Below are positions 16,366-27,871 of a stretch of 64,000 nt of DNA, piece by piece. Position 1 is the stretch's first letter. The number at the start of each line of letters is the position of its first letter. Location of the stretch: contig JAFGEO010000062.1 of the NCBI GenBank assembly GCA_016931575.1, positions 91,090 to 155,089 of the forward strand, written 5' to 3'. Both the position numbers and the translations under genes were made by a program. The notes beneath the pieces were generated by a model that saw only the letters and a program-made list of their open reading frames with translations, had not been told where the DNA came from and did not search any database. Origin of the DNA: Bacteroidales bacterium (GTDB taxonomy: Bacteria > Bacteroidota > Bacteroidia > Bacteroidales > UBA10428).

Positions 16366-17223
16366 TTACAGCGATTCAAAAATTTCAACAGCAGCCCTGG
16401 ATTTGTTCAGGGTGTAGAAATGGATTCCCGGTGCTCCGTTGGTCAATAACTCTTTACACTGATTTATGGTATACTCCAGTCCAATCTCATACATTTTCTC
16501 CGGTTGATCTTTATGTGATTCGATAGCTGAAGCTAGTTTGGCAGGTATTTTAGCTGCCGACATTTTTGTAAAGCGCTCAATCTGCTTATAGCTCGTCAGG
16601 GGGATGATGCCGGGGATGATCCTGCATGTAATGCCTGCCGCCCGTGTCTTTTTAATGAAATCGAAGTAGTAACTATTGATGAAGAACAGCTGGGTGATCA
16701 GGAAATCGGCACCTGCATTAACCTTAAGCTTAAGGTTTTGAATATCCTCCTCCAGACTGGGTGCTTCAGGATGTTTTTCAACGTATGCAGCACCAGCTTT
16801 ACAGAAGTCGTAGTATTCATCCACGAATGCAGTAAGCTCACTCGCAAAATTGAACCCGTTTTCAGGCGGAATAAATTCATTTTCACCTTTCGGGGGGTCG
16901 CCCCTGAGCAACATCAGGTTTTTAATTCCATGCCCCATGAGGTAATCCAGGTCGCTTTTTATTTTGTCGCGGGTAGCATTGACACAGGTGTAGTGTGCTA
17001 CAGTTGTCAGCCCGATCCTGTTCTGAAGGTAGTCGACCAGGGCAAATGTCCGCTCCTGGTTTGAGCCTCCGGCACCGTAAGTTACGGTTACAAAGGAGGG
17101 AGACAGCTTCATGAGGCGGCCAATGTTAATTCCGAAATCAACAGCTGAAATTTCATCGTGAGGAGGGAAGAATTCAAAAGAGAAGGTCTTGTCCTGCGAT
17201 AAAAAGAGATCTGAAATCTTCAT
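16366..17223 (-). CDS. metF: 5,10-methylenetetrahydrofolate reductase
   Basis: 285 aa. FSFEFFPP, VTYGAGGS and LRGDPP motifs. Lies 26 nt downstream of metH on the same strand. Confidence 0.9.
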   Translation of the reverse strand: MKISDLFLSQDKTFSFEFFPPHDEISAVDFGINIGRLMKLSPSFVTVTYGAGGSNQERTFALVDYLQNRIGLTTVAHYTCVNATRDKIKSDLDYLMGHGIKNLMLLRGDPPKGENEFIPPENGFNFASELTAFVDEYYDFCKAGAAYVEKHPEAPSLEEDIQNLKLKVNAGADFLITQLFFINSYYFDFIKKTRAAGITCRIIPGIIPLTSYKQIERFTKMSAAKIPAKLASAIESHKDQPEKMYEIGLEYTINQCKELLTNGAPGIHFYTLNKSRAAVEIFESL

Positions 17224-17249
17224 GGGCTTAATCGTTTCAATAAGGTTTA

Positions 17250-20200
17250 TTAATAATTCAGGTCCGTGGCCAGCAGTCTTTCGATATCGTACCGATCCAT
17301 CTGTTTTCTTCCTGCGTAATCCTCAATTTGATCCTTTGCAAGCTTTCCAACGAAGAAGTATTTCGACTGCGGGTGTGCAAAGAGCAGGCCGCTGACGGAT
17401 GCTGCCGGATTCATAGAATAGCTTTCGGTGAGGCTGATGCCTGTTGTTTCCTCTGCATTCAGGAGCCTGAAGAGGGTTTCTTTCTCTGAATGGTCCGGGC
17501 ATGCCGGATAACCATGTGCCGGGCGTATGCCCTGGTATTTTTCCAGAAGGAGGTCCTGCAGGCTTAAGGACTCATCAGGAGCATACCCCCAGTATTCCTT
17601 CCGGACTCTTACGTGGAGGACTTCAGTAAATGCTTCCGCCAGCCTGTCGGCCAGTGCTTTCACCATAATGCTGTTATAATCGTCATGGTCTTTTTGGAAT
17701 TCATCGAGAAGGTGCTGTATTCCCAGTCCGGCGGTAACCGCAAACGCACCCAGGTAGTCTTTTTTCCCGGATGATTTCGGGGCAATAAAATCGGAAAGAC
17801 ACAGGTTAGGGGTTCCTGCTTCTTTCAGGGTCTGGTTGCGCAGATTCCTGAAAGTGGCAATGACCTCATCCTGTTTTTCCGGGTGGTATACCTCGATGTC
17901 GTCGCCGATGGAATTTGCCGGATAAAAACCGAGTACTCCGTTGGCGGTTAAGTGTTTTTCTTTTTCGATCCGGTCCAGCAGTGCCAGGGCGTCATCGTAA
18001 AGTTTGCGGGCTTCGCTGCCCAGTTTTGGATCATCCAGGATATCCGGGAATTTGCCGCGTAACTGCCACACCACAAAAAAGAATACCCAGCTGATATACT
18101 CCCTGATCTCTCCAATGGGGTAGTCGTTAAAGCTTTTAACCCCCAGGAACTGCGGTTTGTAAACAGGTGATTTATCCCAGTCGATCTGCAGCTTGTTCCT
18201 GCGCGCCTCTTCCAGGCTTACAAACTGCACCTTTGAGCTGGCGCCGGCATAGCTCTGCCTTACTTCCTCATACTCCTTCTTTGTCTGGGCGACATAAGCT
18301 TCACGCAGGTTCCTGGTGATAAGCTTGTTAACAACACCCACACTCAGCGAGGCATCTTTTACATGGATGACCGGCGAAGAGGCATGAGGCTCAATCTTAA
18401 TGGCAGTATGTATCTTCGAGGTTGTGGCACCGCCGATCAGCAGGGGCTTGTTGATACTCCTGCGTTCCATTTCCTTGGCAAAGTCGACCATGATCTCCAG
18501 GGATGGTGTGATCAGTCCGCTCAGCCCAATGATATCCACATTCTCTTTTATAGCAGTTTCAAGGATCTTCTCAGTTGGGACCATCACCCCGAGGTCGATT
18601 ACTTCATAGTTGTTACAGCCCAGGACTACTCCGACAATGTTTTTTCCGATATCGTGTACATCTCCTTTTACGGTGGCAAGCAGAATTTTCCCTATGGAAT
18701 GGCTGACGGCATCTTTATCCTTCTCGGCTTCTATGAAGGGAAGCAGTACAGATACAGCCTTTTTCATTACACGGGCGCTTTTTACCACCTGGGGAAGGAA
18801 CATTTTGCCGGCGCCAAATAGCTCTCCGACGATGCCCATTCCGTTCATCAGTGGGCCTTCAATGACATTCAGGGCCTTTGGATAATTTTTCCGGGCTTCC
18901 AGCACATCTTCTTCAATGTACTCAACGATACCCCTTACCAGGGCATGGCTGAGACGCTCTTCGACGGGAGATTCTCTCCATTCGTCGTTCTTCAGTTCTT
19001 TTTTACCTTTTTGCCTGACAGTTTCCGCAAATTCTATGAGGCGTTCGGTAGCATCTTCCCTCCGGTTTAAAATGACATCTTCGACACGTTCCAGCAGATC
19101 CGCAGGGATATCGTCATAAACTTCCAGCATGGCAGGATTAACAATTCCCATATCCATTCCCGCTTTTGTAGCGTGGAAAAGAAATGCGGAGTGCATGGCT
19201 TCACGTACGGTATTATTTCCCCTGAAGGAGAATGACAGGTTGCTTACACCACCGCTTACTTTGGCGTAAGGGAGGTTCTCCTTAATCCACCGCGTGGCAT
19301 TGATGAAGTCAAGTCCGTAGTTATTGTGCTCCTCTATGCCGGTGCCAATGGCCAGGATGTTGGGATCGAAGATGATGTATTCAGGCGGGAAATTCACCTT
19401 CTGCGTCAGGATGTTGTAAGCGCGCTGGCAGATGGCGGTTTTCCGTTCAAAACTGTCCGCCTGTCCCTGCTCATCAAAAGCCATTACCACAACAGCTGCA
19501 CCGTAGCGTAAAATCTTTTTTGCCTGGTTAATGAAAGGCTCTTCCCCTTCCTTGAGCGAAATGGAATTCACAATGCCTTTTCCCTGGACACATTTCAGTC
19601 CTGCCTCAATAACCGACCACTTTGAGGAGTCAACCATGAGGGGTACTTTGGAGATATCGGGTTCAGAGGCTATCATGTTCAGAAAGCGGACCATGGTCTC
19701 CTCGGCATCGATCATGGCATCGTCCATACAGACATCAATGATCTGGGCTCCCCCTTCTACCTGTTCACGTGCAACGGACAGGGCTTCTTCATAATTCCCT
19801 TCTTTGATCAGGCGGGCAAACTTAATGGATCCGGCGACATTTGTTCGTTCGCCAATATTGACAAAGTTGCTTTCCGGGGAGATGTTAATTACCTCCAGTC
19901 CGCTAAGCCGTGTGCTTTTTTCTACATTCGGGATGGCCCGCTTGTTCAGTTTCGCAGCTTCCAGGGCCAGGGCCCTGATATGTTCAGGCGTGGTACCACA
20001 GCATCCGCCGATGATATTCACATGCCCTTCCCTGAGGTAGGGTAAAATATCTTCAGCCATCTTCAGTGGGGTCTGGTCGTATCCGCCAAACTGGTTAGGA
20101 AGGCCTGCATTGGGATGTGCACTTACATAGAAGGGCGCCTTTTTACTCAGGGTTTCAATGTAGGGTTGCATCTCTTTGGCTCCCAGGGAGCAGTTTACCC

Positions 20201-20927
20201 CCACACTTAACAGGCGGTGATGGGAAACCGAATTAAGGAAGGCTTCGATGGTTTGCCCGGAGAGGGTACGGCCGCTGGCATCGGTGATGGTGCCTGAGAC
20301 CATAATCGGAAGCTCAATTCCTTTTTCATCAAATACTTCATCGATTCCAAACAGGGCAGCTTTGGCATTGAGTGTGTCAAACACGGTTTCTATCAGCAGG
20401 ATATCGGCTCCTCCATCGATCAGCCCCCGGGCCTGTTCCGCGTAGGTGTCTTTCACTTCGTCGAAGCTTACGGCACGGTACCCGGGATCATTTACATCGG
20501 GGGACAGGGAAGTGGTTTTATTGGTTGGCCCCAGGGCCCCGACAACAAAACGGGGTTTGTCGGGAGTCAGGGCCGTGTATTTATCTGCAGCTTTCCTTGC
20601 CAGACGTGCCGAGGCAACATTCAACTCGTAAGCTATATCCTGCAGGTTATAATCGGTCTGGGAAATGCGGTTGGCATTGAAAGTATTGGTTTCGATGAGG
20701 TCAGCGCCAGCCTCCAGGTATTTCTCATGGATCTCTTCAATAATATCAGGACGGGTGATCGATAGGAGATCGTTATTACCTTTCTGATCGATACCGGCAT
20801 CCCTGAACCTTTCACCCCTGAAATCTTCTTCGCTGAGCGTATATTGTTGGATGAGGCTGCCCATGGCACCATCGAGTACCAGGATACGCTTTTCAATTTC
20901 TTTAACTATATCGTGCTGTCTGTTCAT
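17250..20927 (-). CDS. metH: cobalamin-dependent methionine synthase
   Basis: ORF 17250..21041 trimmed to [24 protein letters not shown] (1225 aa). Shows Hcy-binding, pterin-binding, B12-binding ([11 protein letters not shown]) and AdoMet-activation regions. Confidence 0.9.
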   Translation of the reverse strand: MNRQHDIVKEIEKRILVLDGAMGSLIQQYTLSEEDFRGERFRDAGIDQKGNNDLLSITRPDIIEEIHEKYLEAGADLIETNTFNANRISQTDYNLQDIAYELNVASARLARKAADKYTALTPDKPRFVVGALGPTNKTTSLSPDVNDPGYRAVSFDEVKDTYAEQARGLIDGGADILLIETVFDTLNAKAALFGIDEVFDEKGIELPIMVSGTITDASGRTLSGQTIEAFLNSVSHHRLLSVGVNCSLGAKEMQPYIETLSKKAPFYVSAHPNAGLPNQFGGYDQTPLKMAEDILPYLREGHVNIIGGCCGTTPEHIRALALEAAKLNKRAIPNVEKSTRLSGLEVINISPESNFVNIGERTNVAGSIKFARLIKEGNYEEALSVAREQVEGGAQIIDVCMDDAMIDAEETMVRFLNMIASEPDISKVPLMVDSSKWSVIEAGLKCVQGKGIVNSISLKEGEEPFINQAKKILRYGAAVVVMAFDEQGQADSFERKTAICQRAYNILTQKVNFPPEYIIFDPNILAIGTGIEEHNNYGLDFINATRWIKENLPYAKVSGGVSNLSFSFRGNNTVREAMHSAFLFHATKAGMDMGIVNPAMLEVYDDIPADLLERVEDVILNRREDATERLIEFAETVRQKGKKELKNDEWRESPVEERLSHALVRGIVEYIEEDVLEARKNYPKALNVIEGPLMNGMGIVGELFGAGKMFLPQVVKSARVMKKAVSVLLPFIEAEKDKDAVSHSIGKILLATVKGDVHDIGKNIVGVVLGCNNYEVIDLGVMVPTEKILETAIKENVDIIGLSGLITPSLEIMVDFAKEMERRSINKPLLIGGATTSKIHTAIKIEPHASSPVIHVKDASLSVGVVNKLITRNLREAYVAQTKKEYEEVRQSYAGASSKVQFVSLEEARRNKLQIDWDKSPVYKPQFLGVKSFNDYPIGEIREYISWVFFFVVWQLRGKFPDILDDPKLGSEARKLYDDALALLDRIEKEKHLTANGVLGFYPANSIGDDIEVYHPEKQDEVIATFRNLRNQTLKEAGTPNLCLSDFIAPKSSGKKDYLGAFAVTAGLGIQHLLDEFQKDHDDYNSIMVKALADRLAEAFTEVLHVRVRKEYWGYAPDESLSLQDLLLEKYQGIRPAHGYPACPDHSEKETLFRLLNAEETTGISLTESYSMNPAASVSGLLFAHPQSKYFFVGKLAKDQIEDYAGRKQMDRYDIERLLATDLNY

Positions 20928-21099
20928 TGTCTTTAAATGGCCTGTTGTTTGCGGAATCTGGCCGGAATTCCCTGTTTGCATTAACAATTCGTTGACCAAA
21001 TGGTTGCCGTTCCCCTTGGTTTTACTTCCGGCAATATGCAAATGTAGCTCATTTCATTGGAAAAACGGGCTGAAATGTTCACTGTCGGGACGGAGTATA

Positions 21100-22995
21100 T
21101 CAGCTTAGTAATTTACGGATTGCAGCGATATTTTTCTCGTTGCTGATATCCTTGGCTTCCGGTGTATACAGGTATTCCAGAAAGGATGCATACTTTTCAG
21201 TGATCTTTGGACGGACAATCTTCATGGTGCTGTTCATGAGTTCATTATCCAGTGAGAATCCTTCATCAAGGATCCCTATTGCGGCAGGCAGCCAGCGCTG
21301 AGGGAACATCTCTTCCAAATCACCTCTGGTGCGATACCTGTTCAGCTCGCTCAGGATCTTTTCAAGCAACTCAGCCGGCCCGGAATCTTCACCCAGGGAT
21401 TTGCTGAGTTTTTTCAGCGCTTCCTTATTTGGCACGATAAGGCAAACCGAATAGGGCATCTGGTTATTATACATCATGCACTGATCAATGAACGGAGAGT
21501 TTTCAGCAAAGGCTTCTTCAATTCCCTCCGGGCTGAATTTTTCTCCGTCATCCGCAATGAGGAGACTTTTGGATCTGCCCAGCACATACAGGAAGCCATC
21601 CTTGTCAAGATAACCCAGGTCACCTGTGTGCAGCCAGCCGTTTCGCAGGGTTTCGGCGGTAGCTGTTTCGTTTTTCCAATAGCCTTTCATGACATTTTCC
21701 CCCTGAACCAGGATCTCACCCTTAATGCCCTGAGGTAACTCCCTGTCATCATCATCACAGATCCTGATCTTAATTCCTTTGGCGATGACACCAGAAGACC
21801 CCATCTTGGCATATTTCGAACTGTTGGAGGATATGACAGGGGAGGCTTCAGAAAGACCATAACCCTGGTACATTGGCATCCCGACAGCAAAGAAGAAACG
21901 TTGGAGTTCGATGTCCAGCAGGGCGCCGCCACCGACGAAGAATTTAAGATTCCCGCCAAGACCCTGGCGGACTTTTTTAAATAGGATCAGATCGTAGAGT
22001 TTGACGAGTGGATAAAGAAGCAGGCGAAGACCCTTTCCCCGGTTCCATCCGTTACCATTGTAGGCATAGGCAAGCTTCATGGCATGCTTAAACAAGCCCT
22101 GGACAAAAGGCCCTTTTTCCTGTATGCCCTTTTCAATATTTTTTTTGAAGTTTTTAGCAAGTGCCGGCACGCTCAACATGAAATCCGGCTTGATCTCCTG
22201 AATATTTTTCGGTACATTTTTCAGGGTTTCCAGGGGTGTTTTACCAATTTCTACAGAAGCCACGCTTGCTCCGTATTTCATGATGCTGTAAAGGGCACAG
22301 GTATGGCCAAAGGAGTGGTCCCAGGGAATTATTACATACGTCTTGAAATGCTCGGGAATGGAGTGCAAACTGATGGATTGCTCAACATTCGCTGTGTAAT
22401 TCCTGTGAGAGAGAATAATCCCTTTCGGATCGGCAGTGGTACCTGAAGTATAGCATATGTTAGCGTAATCGTCTTCACTGACAGACTGGAACCGCTTCCG
22501 GAATTCTTCGCCGTGCGAGGCCAGGAAGGTCTTTCCTGCCTGCAGCAGGTCTTCGGCAAACAGGATCCTTTTATCCTCCGTTTCAATGCGGTCGAGACAG
22601 ATAATATGCTCGAGTGAGGGTATGTCCCCGGCGACATCGATAATCTTTTGAATGTGGTTCCGGGAAGCAATGGCAAACCGCGATCCGGAATGTTTGAGGC
22701 GAAATGAGATCTCGTCGCCGGCTTTAAGGTTGACAGATATCGGGACATTGATCGCCCCATTGTATAAAACCCCTAACTCACTGATTACCCAGTCATTTCT
22801 TCCTTCAGAAAGCAGGGTTACCCGCTCTCCGGGTTTCAGCCCCAGTTGCATAAGGCCTGCCGAAAAGGCATGCACCCTCCTCCGGGTATCCTGGTAGCTT
22901 GTGCCGACATATTTCTCTCCGGTCTTTTCCCACATGTAAATGTTATCGGGAAAATTTCCGGCACTCTCTTCCATAAGGTTGATAAGGGTTCTCAT
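21100..22995 (-). CDS. long-chain fatty acid--CoA ligase (AMP-dependent synthetase)
   Basis: 631 aa. AMP-binding motif YTSGTTADPKGI, plus GYGLSE and LHTGDLG. Confidence 0.85.
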   Translation of the reverse strand: MRTLINLMEESAGNFPDNIYMWEKTGEKYVGTSYQDTRRRVHAFSAGLMQLGLKPGERVTLLSEGRNDWVISELGVLYNGAINVPISVNLKAGDEISFRLKHSGSRFAIASRNHIQKIIDVAGDIPSLEHIICLDRIETEDKRILFAEDLLQAGKTFLASHGEEFRKRFQSVSEDDYANICYTSGTTADPKGIILSHRNYTANVEQSISLHSIPEHFKTYVIIPWDHSFGHTCALYSIMKYGASVASVEIGKTPLETLKNVPKNIQEIKPDFMLSVPALAKNFKKNIEKGIQEKGPFVQGLFKHAMKLAYAYNGNGWNRGKGLRLLLYPLVKLYDLILFKKVRQGLGGNLKFFVGGGALLDIELQRFFFAVGMPMYQGYGLSEASPVISSNSSKYAKMGSSGVIAKGIKIRICDDDDRELPQGIKGEILVQGENVMKGYWKNETATAETLRNGWLHTGDLGYLDKDGFLYVLGRSKSLLIADDGEKFSPEGIEEAFAENSPFIDQCMMYNNQMPYSVCLIVPNKEALKKLSKSLGEDSGPAELLEKILSELNRYRTRGDLEEMFPQRWLPAAIGILDEGFSLDNELMNSTMKIVRPKITEKYASFLEYLYTPEAKDISNEKNIAAIRKLLS

Positions 22996-23128
22996 CGCTC
23001 GGAATAATTTAAATTACCGGGGCAAGATACTTAAAAATTGCTTATGCAGGAACAAAGGGGAGTCTAAGCTTCAAACTCAGGGATTTAAAGCCCTGCTGTA
23101 AAAGTAAAGTAATGAAGGGGGAAATGGA

Positions 23129-23545
23129 TCAGAAACCAATGGTTTCGCCATGGTACCGGCTGTAGATCTTAAAACATTCATCCATTTTAAGCAAAAGCTT
23201 ATCCATGTTCAGAGGTTTGTTGAAAAAACCATTGCTTCCGGCTTCTAAACAGACTTCCTCTTCGTTGTTCCAGGAATTGGCGGTCTGGATAATTACCGGT
23301 AAATGCGGGTTTTGTTCCCGGATGATCTCCAGGGCCTGCAGGCCATCAATCTCCGGTAACTGAAGGTCCAACAATACGATGTCAATATCCTTATTCTCCC
23401 TGATAATGCGTGTGGCTTCTCGTCCATCTTTGGCCCAGACAATATTTATGCCGGTCCGGCGCGTGAGAAGAAGCTCCATGTATTTATAATTTAAAGGATC
23501 GTCTTCCGCAATTAAGGTTGTATGGTTTTCCCAGGTATAATCCAT
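23129..23545 (-). CDS. single-domain response regulator (CheY-like receiver)
   Basis: 138 aa. Contains LIAEDDPLN, DIVLLDLQLPEIDG and a Lys in FFNKP. Confidence 0.85.
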   Translation of the reverse strand: MDYTWENHTTLIAEDDPLNYKYMELLLTRRTGINIVWAKDGREATRIIRENKDIDIVLLDLQLPEIDGLQALEIIREQNPHLPVIIQTANSWNNEEEVCLEAGSNGFFNKPLNMDKLLLKMDECFKIYSRYHGETIGF

Positions 23546-23888
23546 CGTCTGCTTGTATCTTATATGTATCCCTATACGGGCTTCCTGTTCCTGCGATCAC
23601 AATTATTGATGAAAGGCACTTCTTATTCAACAAAAGTGGATTTTAGCCGGACTAAAAATCCGATTACTGCAAGAGGAGGCAGATCTGTTGTTTCGATACC
23701 AAATCAGGCAAGTATCACATTATCAATAACATAATGAATAATTCATTTGAAAACCCCTTCGCAATTACCCGGATGGAAATCGGAGTCCTAAAGATGCACC
23801 TGCCATACTGTTCAACAGGATGGTATCTGGCGTGAACAATCCTGTATCCAGGCTGTTAAATGTGGAATAAACGTCAAAGCAAATTACC

Positions 23889-24470
23889 ATGGCATTTACA
23901 CTATCTATCGGAGAGAAAGCTCCCGACTTTTTGCTTAAAGCGACTTCCGGGAATTACTATTCACTTGAGAAGTTTAAGGAAGCCGGGACGCTGGTGGTAT
24001 TTTTCACCTGCAATCACTGTCCCTATGTGCTGGGTTCCGATGAGGTTACCCGAAGTACCGCTGAGAAATATGCCTCCCGGGGGGTAAGGTTCGTTGGCAT
24101 TAACGCGAATAGTCCCAATACCTATCCCGAGGATGATTTTCCTTCTATGGTCAGGCGGATGGAACAGCATAAGTTTCCCTGGGTATACCTGTATGATGAA
24201 ACCCAGGAAGTAGCCATGAAGTATGGGGCACTAAGGACTCCGCATTTTTATATCTTTAATGGCGATCGTAAGCTGGTTTATACGGGCAGGGGAGTTGACA
24301 GTCCGCGTGATGCCTCCCGGATCACGGTGAATGACCTTGACAGGGCGCTCGAAGAGCTCACTTCAGGAAAAGAAGTGAGCGTATCTGTTACCAATCCGAT
24401 AGGATGCAACGTGAAGTGGGAAGGTAAAGATAAACACTGGATGCCTGCGGATGCCTGCGATTTGATTTAG
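23889..24470 (+). CDS. thioredoxin-fold redoxin (AhpC/TSA-like, CNHC motif)
   Basis: 193 aa. [12 protein letters not shown] active-site region and a typical redoxin length. Confidence 0.75.
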   Translation: MAFTLSIGEKAPDFLLKATSGNYYSLEKFKEAGTLVVFFTCNHCPYVLGSDEVTRSTAEKYASRGVRFVGINANSPNTYPEDDFPSMVRRMEQHKFPWVYLYDETQEVAMKYGALRTPHFYIFNGDRKLVYTGRGVDSPRDASRITVNDLDRALEELTSGKEVSVSVTNPIGCNVKWEGKDKHWMPADACDLI

Positions 24471-24576
24471 GGGTTTAGACCCACTAGACGGCCTTTGCGG
24501 GCTTCGACACGTTCATCCTCAGAATCCGGGATCCAGATCACCCAGGGACCTGAAAACCTACTAACCCGAAAATCTG

Positions 24577-25575
24577 CTAACTCTTTGGAAACCCCCTGAA
24601 ATACTTCATAAACTGCGTCCGGGAGAAGACAGCAGGGTTGTCGGCTTCCGATTGACAGAGCATGCCCTTGAAATCGTCCAGTTTGGAATAGCCTTTTTCG
24701 TTCATCCATTCCTCAAGTTGGTTCAGGATCGCTGAAAGGTATGGAATGCCATTGGTATAAAGTGTGGATGCAACCTGTACCGCATCGGCACCGGCCAGTA
24801 GTTGTCTGATCAATCCGTGGGCGTCATGGACACCGGTAGAAGCAATCAGCGAACAATCCACCCGCTTTGCCATGATGGCGATCCACCGTAAAGATTGATA
24901 GATATCCCCCGGAGTGCTTAACACACCGCCATTTGTTAGTTCCAGCTTGTTGATGTCAATATCCGGATTATAAAAACGGTTGAACAGGATCATTCCATCA
25001 ACGCCGCTTTCTGATACTTTCCGAAGGAAGGTTGCCAGGCTTGAAGAGTAATAGCTGAGTTTTACAAACAGTGGCAGCTTCGTCTGTTTTTGCACTTCCC
25101 TGATAATTTCGAAATAGATCTTCTCGTTTTCCTCGCTGGATTTGTTTAGATCTGAAGGGATGTTGAAAATGTTCAGCTCTACGGCATCTGCCCCTGCTTC
25201 TTCCAATCGCCCCGGGAAGTAGGTCCAGTTTTGTGCATCCATGCAGTTGATACTGGCAATAACCGGTATGGCCAGACTTGTTTTGGCCTTCCGGACCAGT
25301 TCAAGGTAGGTAGTTGTTGATTCCCTGGGACCGTCATAATAATCGTAGAAATCAACGGTTTCAGGGTAGATAAAGGTGTTCGCACCCATTGCGCCCAGCT
25401 GAATATCCATCTCCTTTAGGATTTCCTCCTCGAAAAGAGATTTTAACACGATGGCACCAGCTCCTGCTTTTTCAAGCTGGATCATGTTCTCGATGTTGTC
25501 AGTTAGTCCTGAACTGCCTGCAATAACAGGGCTTTTTAGTTTCAGGCTTCCATATTTTGTGCTAAGATCTGCCAT
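24577..25575 (-). CDS. dihydroorotate dehydrogenase-like flavoprotein (PyrD/PreA family)
   Basis: 332 aa. LKLKSPVIAGSSGL.., ELNIFN.. and TGGV..G TIM-barrel FMN motifs. Confidence 0.7.
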   Translation of the reverse strand: MADLSTKYGSLKLKSPVIAGSSGLTDNIENMIQLEKAGAGAIVLKSLFEEEILKEMDIQLGAMGANTFIYPETVDFYDYYDGPRESTTTYLELVRKAKTSLAIPVIASINCMDAQNWTYFPGRLEEAGADAVELNIFNIPSDLNKSSEENEKIYFEIIREVQKQTKLPLFVKLSYYSSSLATFLRKVSESGVDGMILFNRFYNPDIDINKLELTNGGVLSTPGDIYQSLRWIAIMAKRVDCSLIASTGVHDAHGLIRQLLAGADAVQVASTLYTNGIPYLSAILNQLEEWMNEKGYSKLDDFKGMLCQSEADNPAVFSRTQFMKYFRGFPKS

Positions 25576-25787
25576 AATTCTTCACGTATAGTTGATTGCT
25601 TATATATATCCTGTAAGGTAACAAAAATGAGTGGCGTTTCGTTTAACTTTTGAAAAAAAACTTTATAAGTGTTTTTATACCAGTCTGTTTACCTTTTTTA
25701 CAGCAAGTGATGCTGTAGGTATTTTTAGTTATAAATTTGGTTTTAGGCAGATTAGGTTGTAATTTTCACGCAATAAAACCCGTAAAT

Positions 25788-26303
25788 ATGAAATCTATTT
25801 TTTTAAGTATTGCAGTATTTTCCCTGTTACTGCTAAGTGGCTGTGATTACTTTAAAAACCACAAGTTGTTTTCTAAAGACGATGATGATGATGAGGTTGT
25901 TGATATGCGAACGGATAAGCAGGACGATTTGTCTGATTCTGCAGCGATAGCCTATACTGATGAAGCTGAGGAGTATGATGTGGCAAGTGATAACGCGAAT
26001 GGATCTGCTGGAGCATATCCTGAAAAATCAGTAAGCAGGAAAAAATCAGCGCAGCAGGATTTTGCTCCATCGGGATCGGATAAATATTTTATGATCGTCG
26101 GGAGCTTCCTGAACCAGAACCTGGCAAACCGGTATGCAGAAACCATTGGACAAAAGGGTTACAGTACCAGTGTACTTGGTTGCCCTGACGGATATTTCAG
26201 GGTGTCTGCCAAATCGTACAGCAATTTTAAGCTGGGAGTCAGTGAGATCAACGATTTCAGGTCTAGCCTTGTAGCTTCTGCATGGCTGTATGTCAGGAAA
26301 TAG
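25788..26303 (+). CDS. SPOR-domain lipoprotein
   Basis: ORF trimmed to MKSIFLSIAVFSLLLLSGC (lipobox). Acidic linker, then C-terminal YFMIVGSFLNQNLANRYAETIGQKGY..FRVSAKSY, which is SPOR-like. Confidence 0.7.
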   Translation: MKSIFLSIAVFSLLLLSGCDYFKNHKLFSKDDDDDEVVDMRTDKQDDLSDSAAIAYTDEAEEYDVASDNANGSAGAYPEKSVSRKKSAQQDFAPSGSDKYFMIVGSFLNQNLANRYAETIGQKGYSTSVLGCPDGYFRVSAKSYSNFKLGVSEINDFRSSLVASAWLYVRK

Positions 26304-26510
26304 TCCAAGGTAGATTCCAGGATGTTGAAGAAAGCTGCTTTGAGGGGTGGCTTTTTTGTGTTGGTGGCAGGTACCCGGTATTTCAGGGAGCTATTTGTTT
26401 AGATGTTAGTTGTGGTGCTTGATTGCCGGGTGTCAGCTAAAAGAAAGCCCCGGGACCGATAACCGGATCCTCATTTCTCAATTCTTATTTCTCTCCCTGC
26501 ACCCCGATAC

Positions 26511-26543
26511 AAAAAAAAACATCCCCGAGGGGATGCTTTTTTT
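26511..26543. terminator. bidirectional terminator hairpin between convergent genes
   Basis: AAAAAAAAA-CATCCC-CGAG-GGGATG-CTTTTTTT: a stem flanked by an A-run and a T-run. Confidence 0.6.
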
Positions 26544-27750
26544 ATTGGTTTCCTGTCATAATAAACAGGGGCTGGAACTCGAAACTCTTGTACTGAGGTC
26601 GCAGCCGGTCAGCATTGTAATGTCGTTTGATATCGACTTTCTTATTGGTGCTGGTCACCACATCGATAGGAGCATTATCATATCTTCCGTTGCGCAGTAC
26701 CACCAGACGGCCATGGATCCCCTTCAGGATGAGATCAAGCGCCAGGTTCCCATAGGCCATAGGGACGATGGAGTCGATTGCGTCAGGGTTCCCGCCTCTG
26801 ACCAGGTAACCGAGCTGCTGGTTGATAACATTTACGCGTTGTCCGTTATTAAATTTTGGGGAGAGCTCCTTGATCTTGTGCGTAACCATGTCGCCGATAC
26901 CTCCAAGTTTGGCATGCCCATACGCATCCTTTTCAGTTGACTGATAGATCATTTCATTGGCGCCGGAGAACATGGCCCCTTCGGATACCAGGACAACCGA
27001 ATAGCGGCTGGGATTATTATTCCGGTCATCTACCAGGAGTTTGGTAAGCTTCTCGATGTCGAACTTGTATTCTGGTATCACGCAGCGGTTGGCAGCTCCG
27101 GCCATCGTTGGCAGCATAGCGGTGAATCCGGCATAGCGGCCAAATACCTCGAGGACCAGGATCCGTTCGTGCGAACCTGCTGAGGTCCTGAGCGTATTGC
27201 ACATGTCGATCGTTCGGGTAACGCAGGTGCTGAAGCCGATGCAGTAATCCGTTCCGGGGACATCGTTATCCATGGTCTTGGGAATGGCGACAACCTTCAC
27301 TCCTTCAGAGTATAGCCTAACGGCATAACTCAAGGTGTCGTCGCCGCCGATTGGGATCAGGTAATCAATGCCCAGGTATTCGAGGCTCTTGATAACCTCC
27401 GGCGTCAGGTCGTTAACATCGTCGGTGTATTTATCCTTATACTGAGTGGGAACATTTATCAGGGGGACATGACTCGGTCTTGTGCGGGAGGTGTGGAGGA
27501 AGGTTCCTCCGGTTCTTCCGGATTTGTTTACAAGTTCTTCTGTGAGTACCATGTATTTGTCGCTGTTGTCAGCTTTTTTGTCACGGACAAACTCCAGAAT
27601 TCCTGCCCAGCCCCTGCGAAGTCCGATAACCTGATACCCTTCTTTGATGGCCCGGATAGTTATTGCCCGAATCGCAGGATTCAGGCCTGGCACATCTCCA
27701 CCACCTGTTAAAATGGCAATTGTTCCTTTTTTCTTTTTTGTTTGAACCAT
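26542..27750 (-). CDS. pfp: 6-phosphofructokinase, PPi-dependent signature
   Basis: IAILTGGGDVPGLN; GGDDT (Asp where ATP-PFKs have GGDG); IPKTMDND (Lys where ATP-PFKs have Gly). The start could instead be 27783. Confidence 0.8.
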   Translation of the reverse strand: MVQTKKKKGTIAILTGGGDVPGLNPAIRAITIRAIKEGYQVIGLRRGWAGILEFVRDKKADNSDKYMVLTEELVNKSGRTGGTFLHTSRTRPSHVPLINVPTQYKDKYTDDVNDLTPEVIKSLEYLGIDYLIPIGGDDTLSYAVRLYSEGVKVVAIPKTMDNDVPGTDYCIGFSTCVTRTIDMCNTLRTSAGSHERILVLEVFGRYAGFTAMLPTMAGAANRCVIPEYKFDIEKLTKLLVDDRNNNPSRYSVVLVSEGAMFSGANEMIYQSTEKDAYGHAKLGGIGDMVTHKIKELSPKFNNGQRVNVINQQLGYLVRGGNPDAIDSIVPMAYGNLALDLILKGIHGRLVVLRNGRYDNAPIDVVTSTNKKVDIKRHYNADRLRPQYKSFEFQPLFIMTGNQ

Positions 27751-27840
27751 AGTACAGTAGTTTTGATTGAGATCATCGCTCATAAATATAAGGAAAATTT
27801 TAAACAGTTTCAGTATGATTCAAGTTTGAAAGCGTTAAGC

Positions 27841-27866
27841 AAAAAAAAACAGGGCTTGCGCCCTGT
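27841..27866 (-). terminator. Rho-independent terminator of the upstream PFK gene
   Basis: Minus strand reads ACAGGGC-GCAA-GCCCTGT followed by TTTTTTTTT. Confidence 0.7.
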
Positions 27867-27871
27867 TTCTT

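Noticed and set aside
20928-21041. 38-codon N-terminal extension of the metH ORF
   Set aside because: MetH homologues begin near ...[10 protein letters not shown]. The internal Met gives the canonical ~1225-aa length, and the extension lies in the likely promoter and leader.
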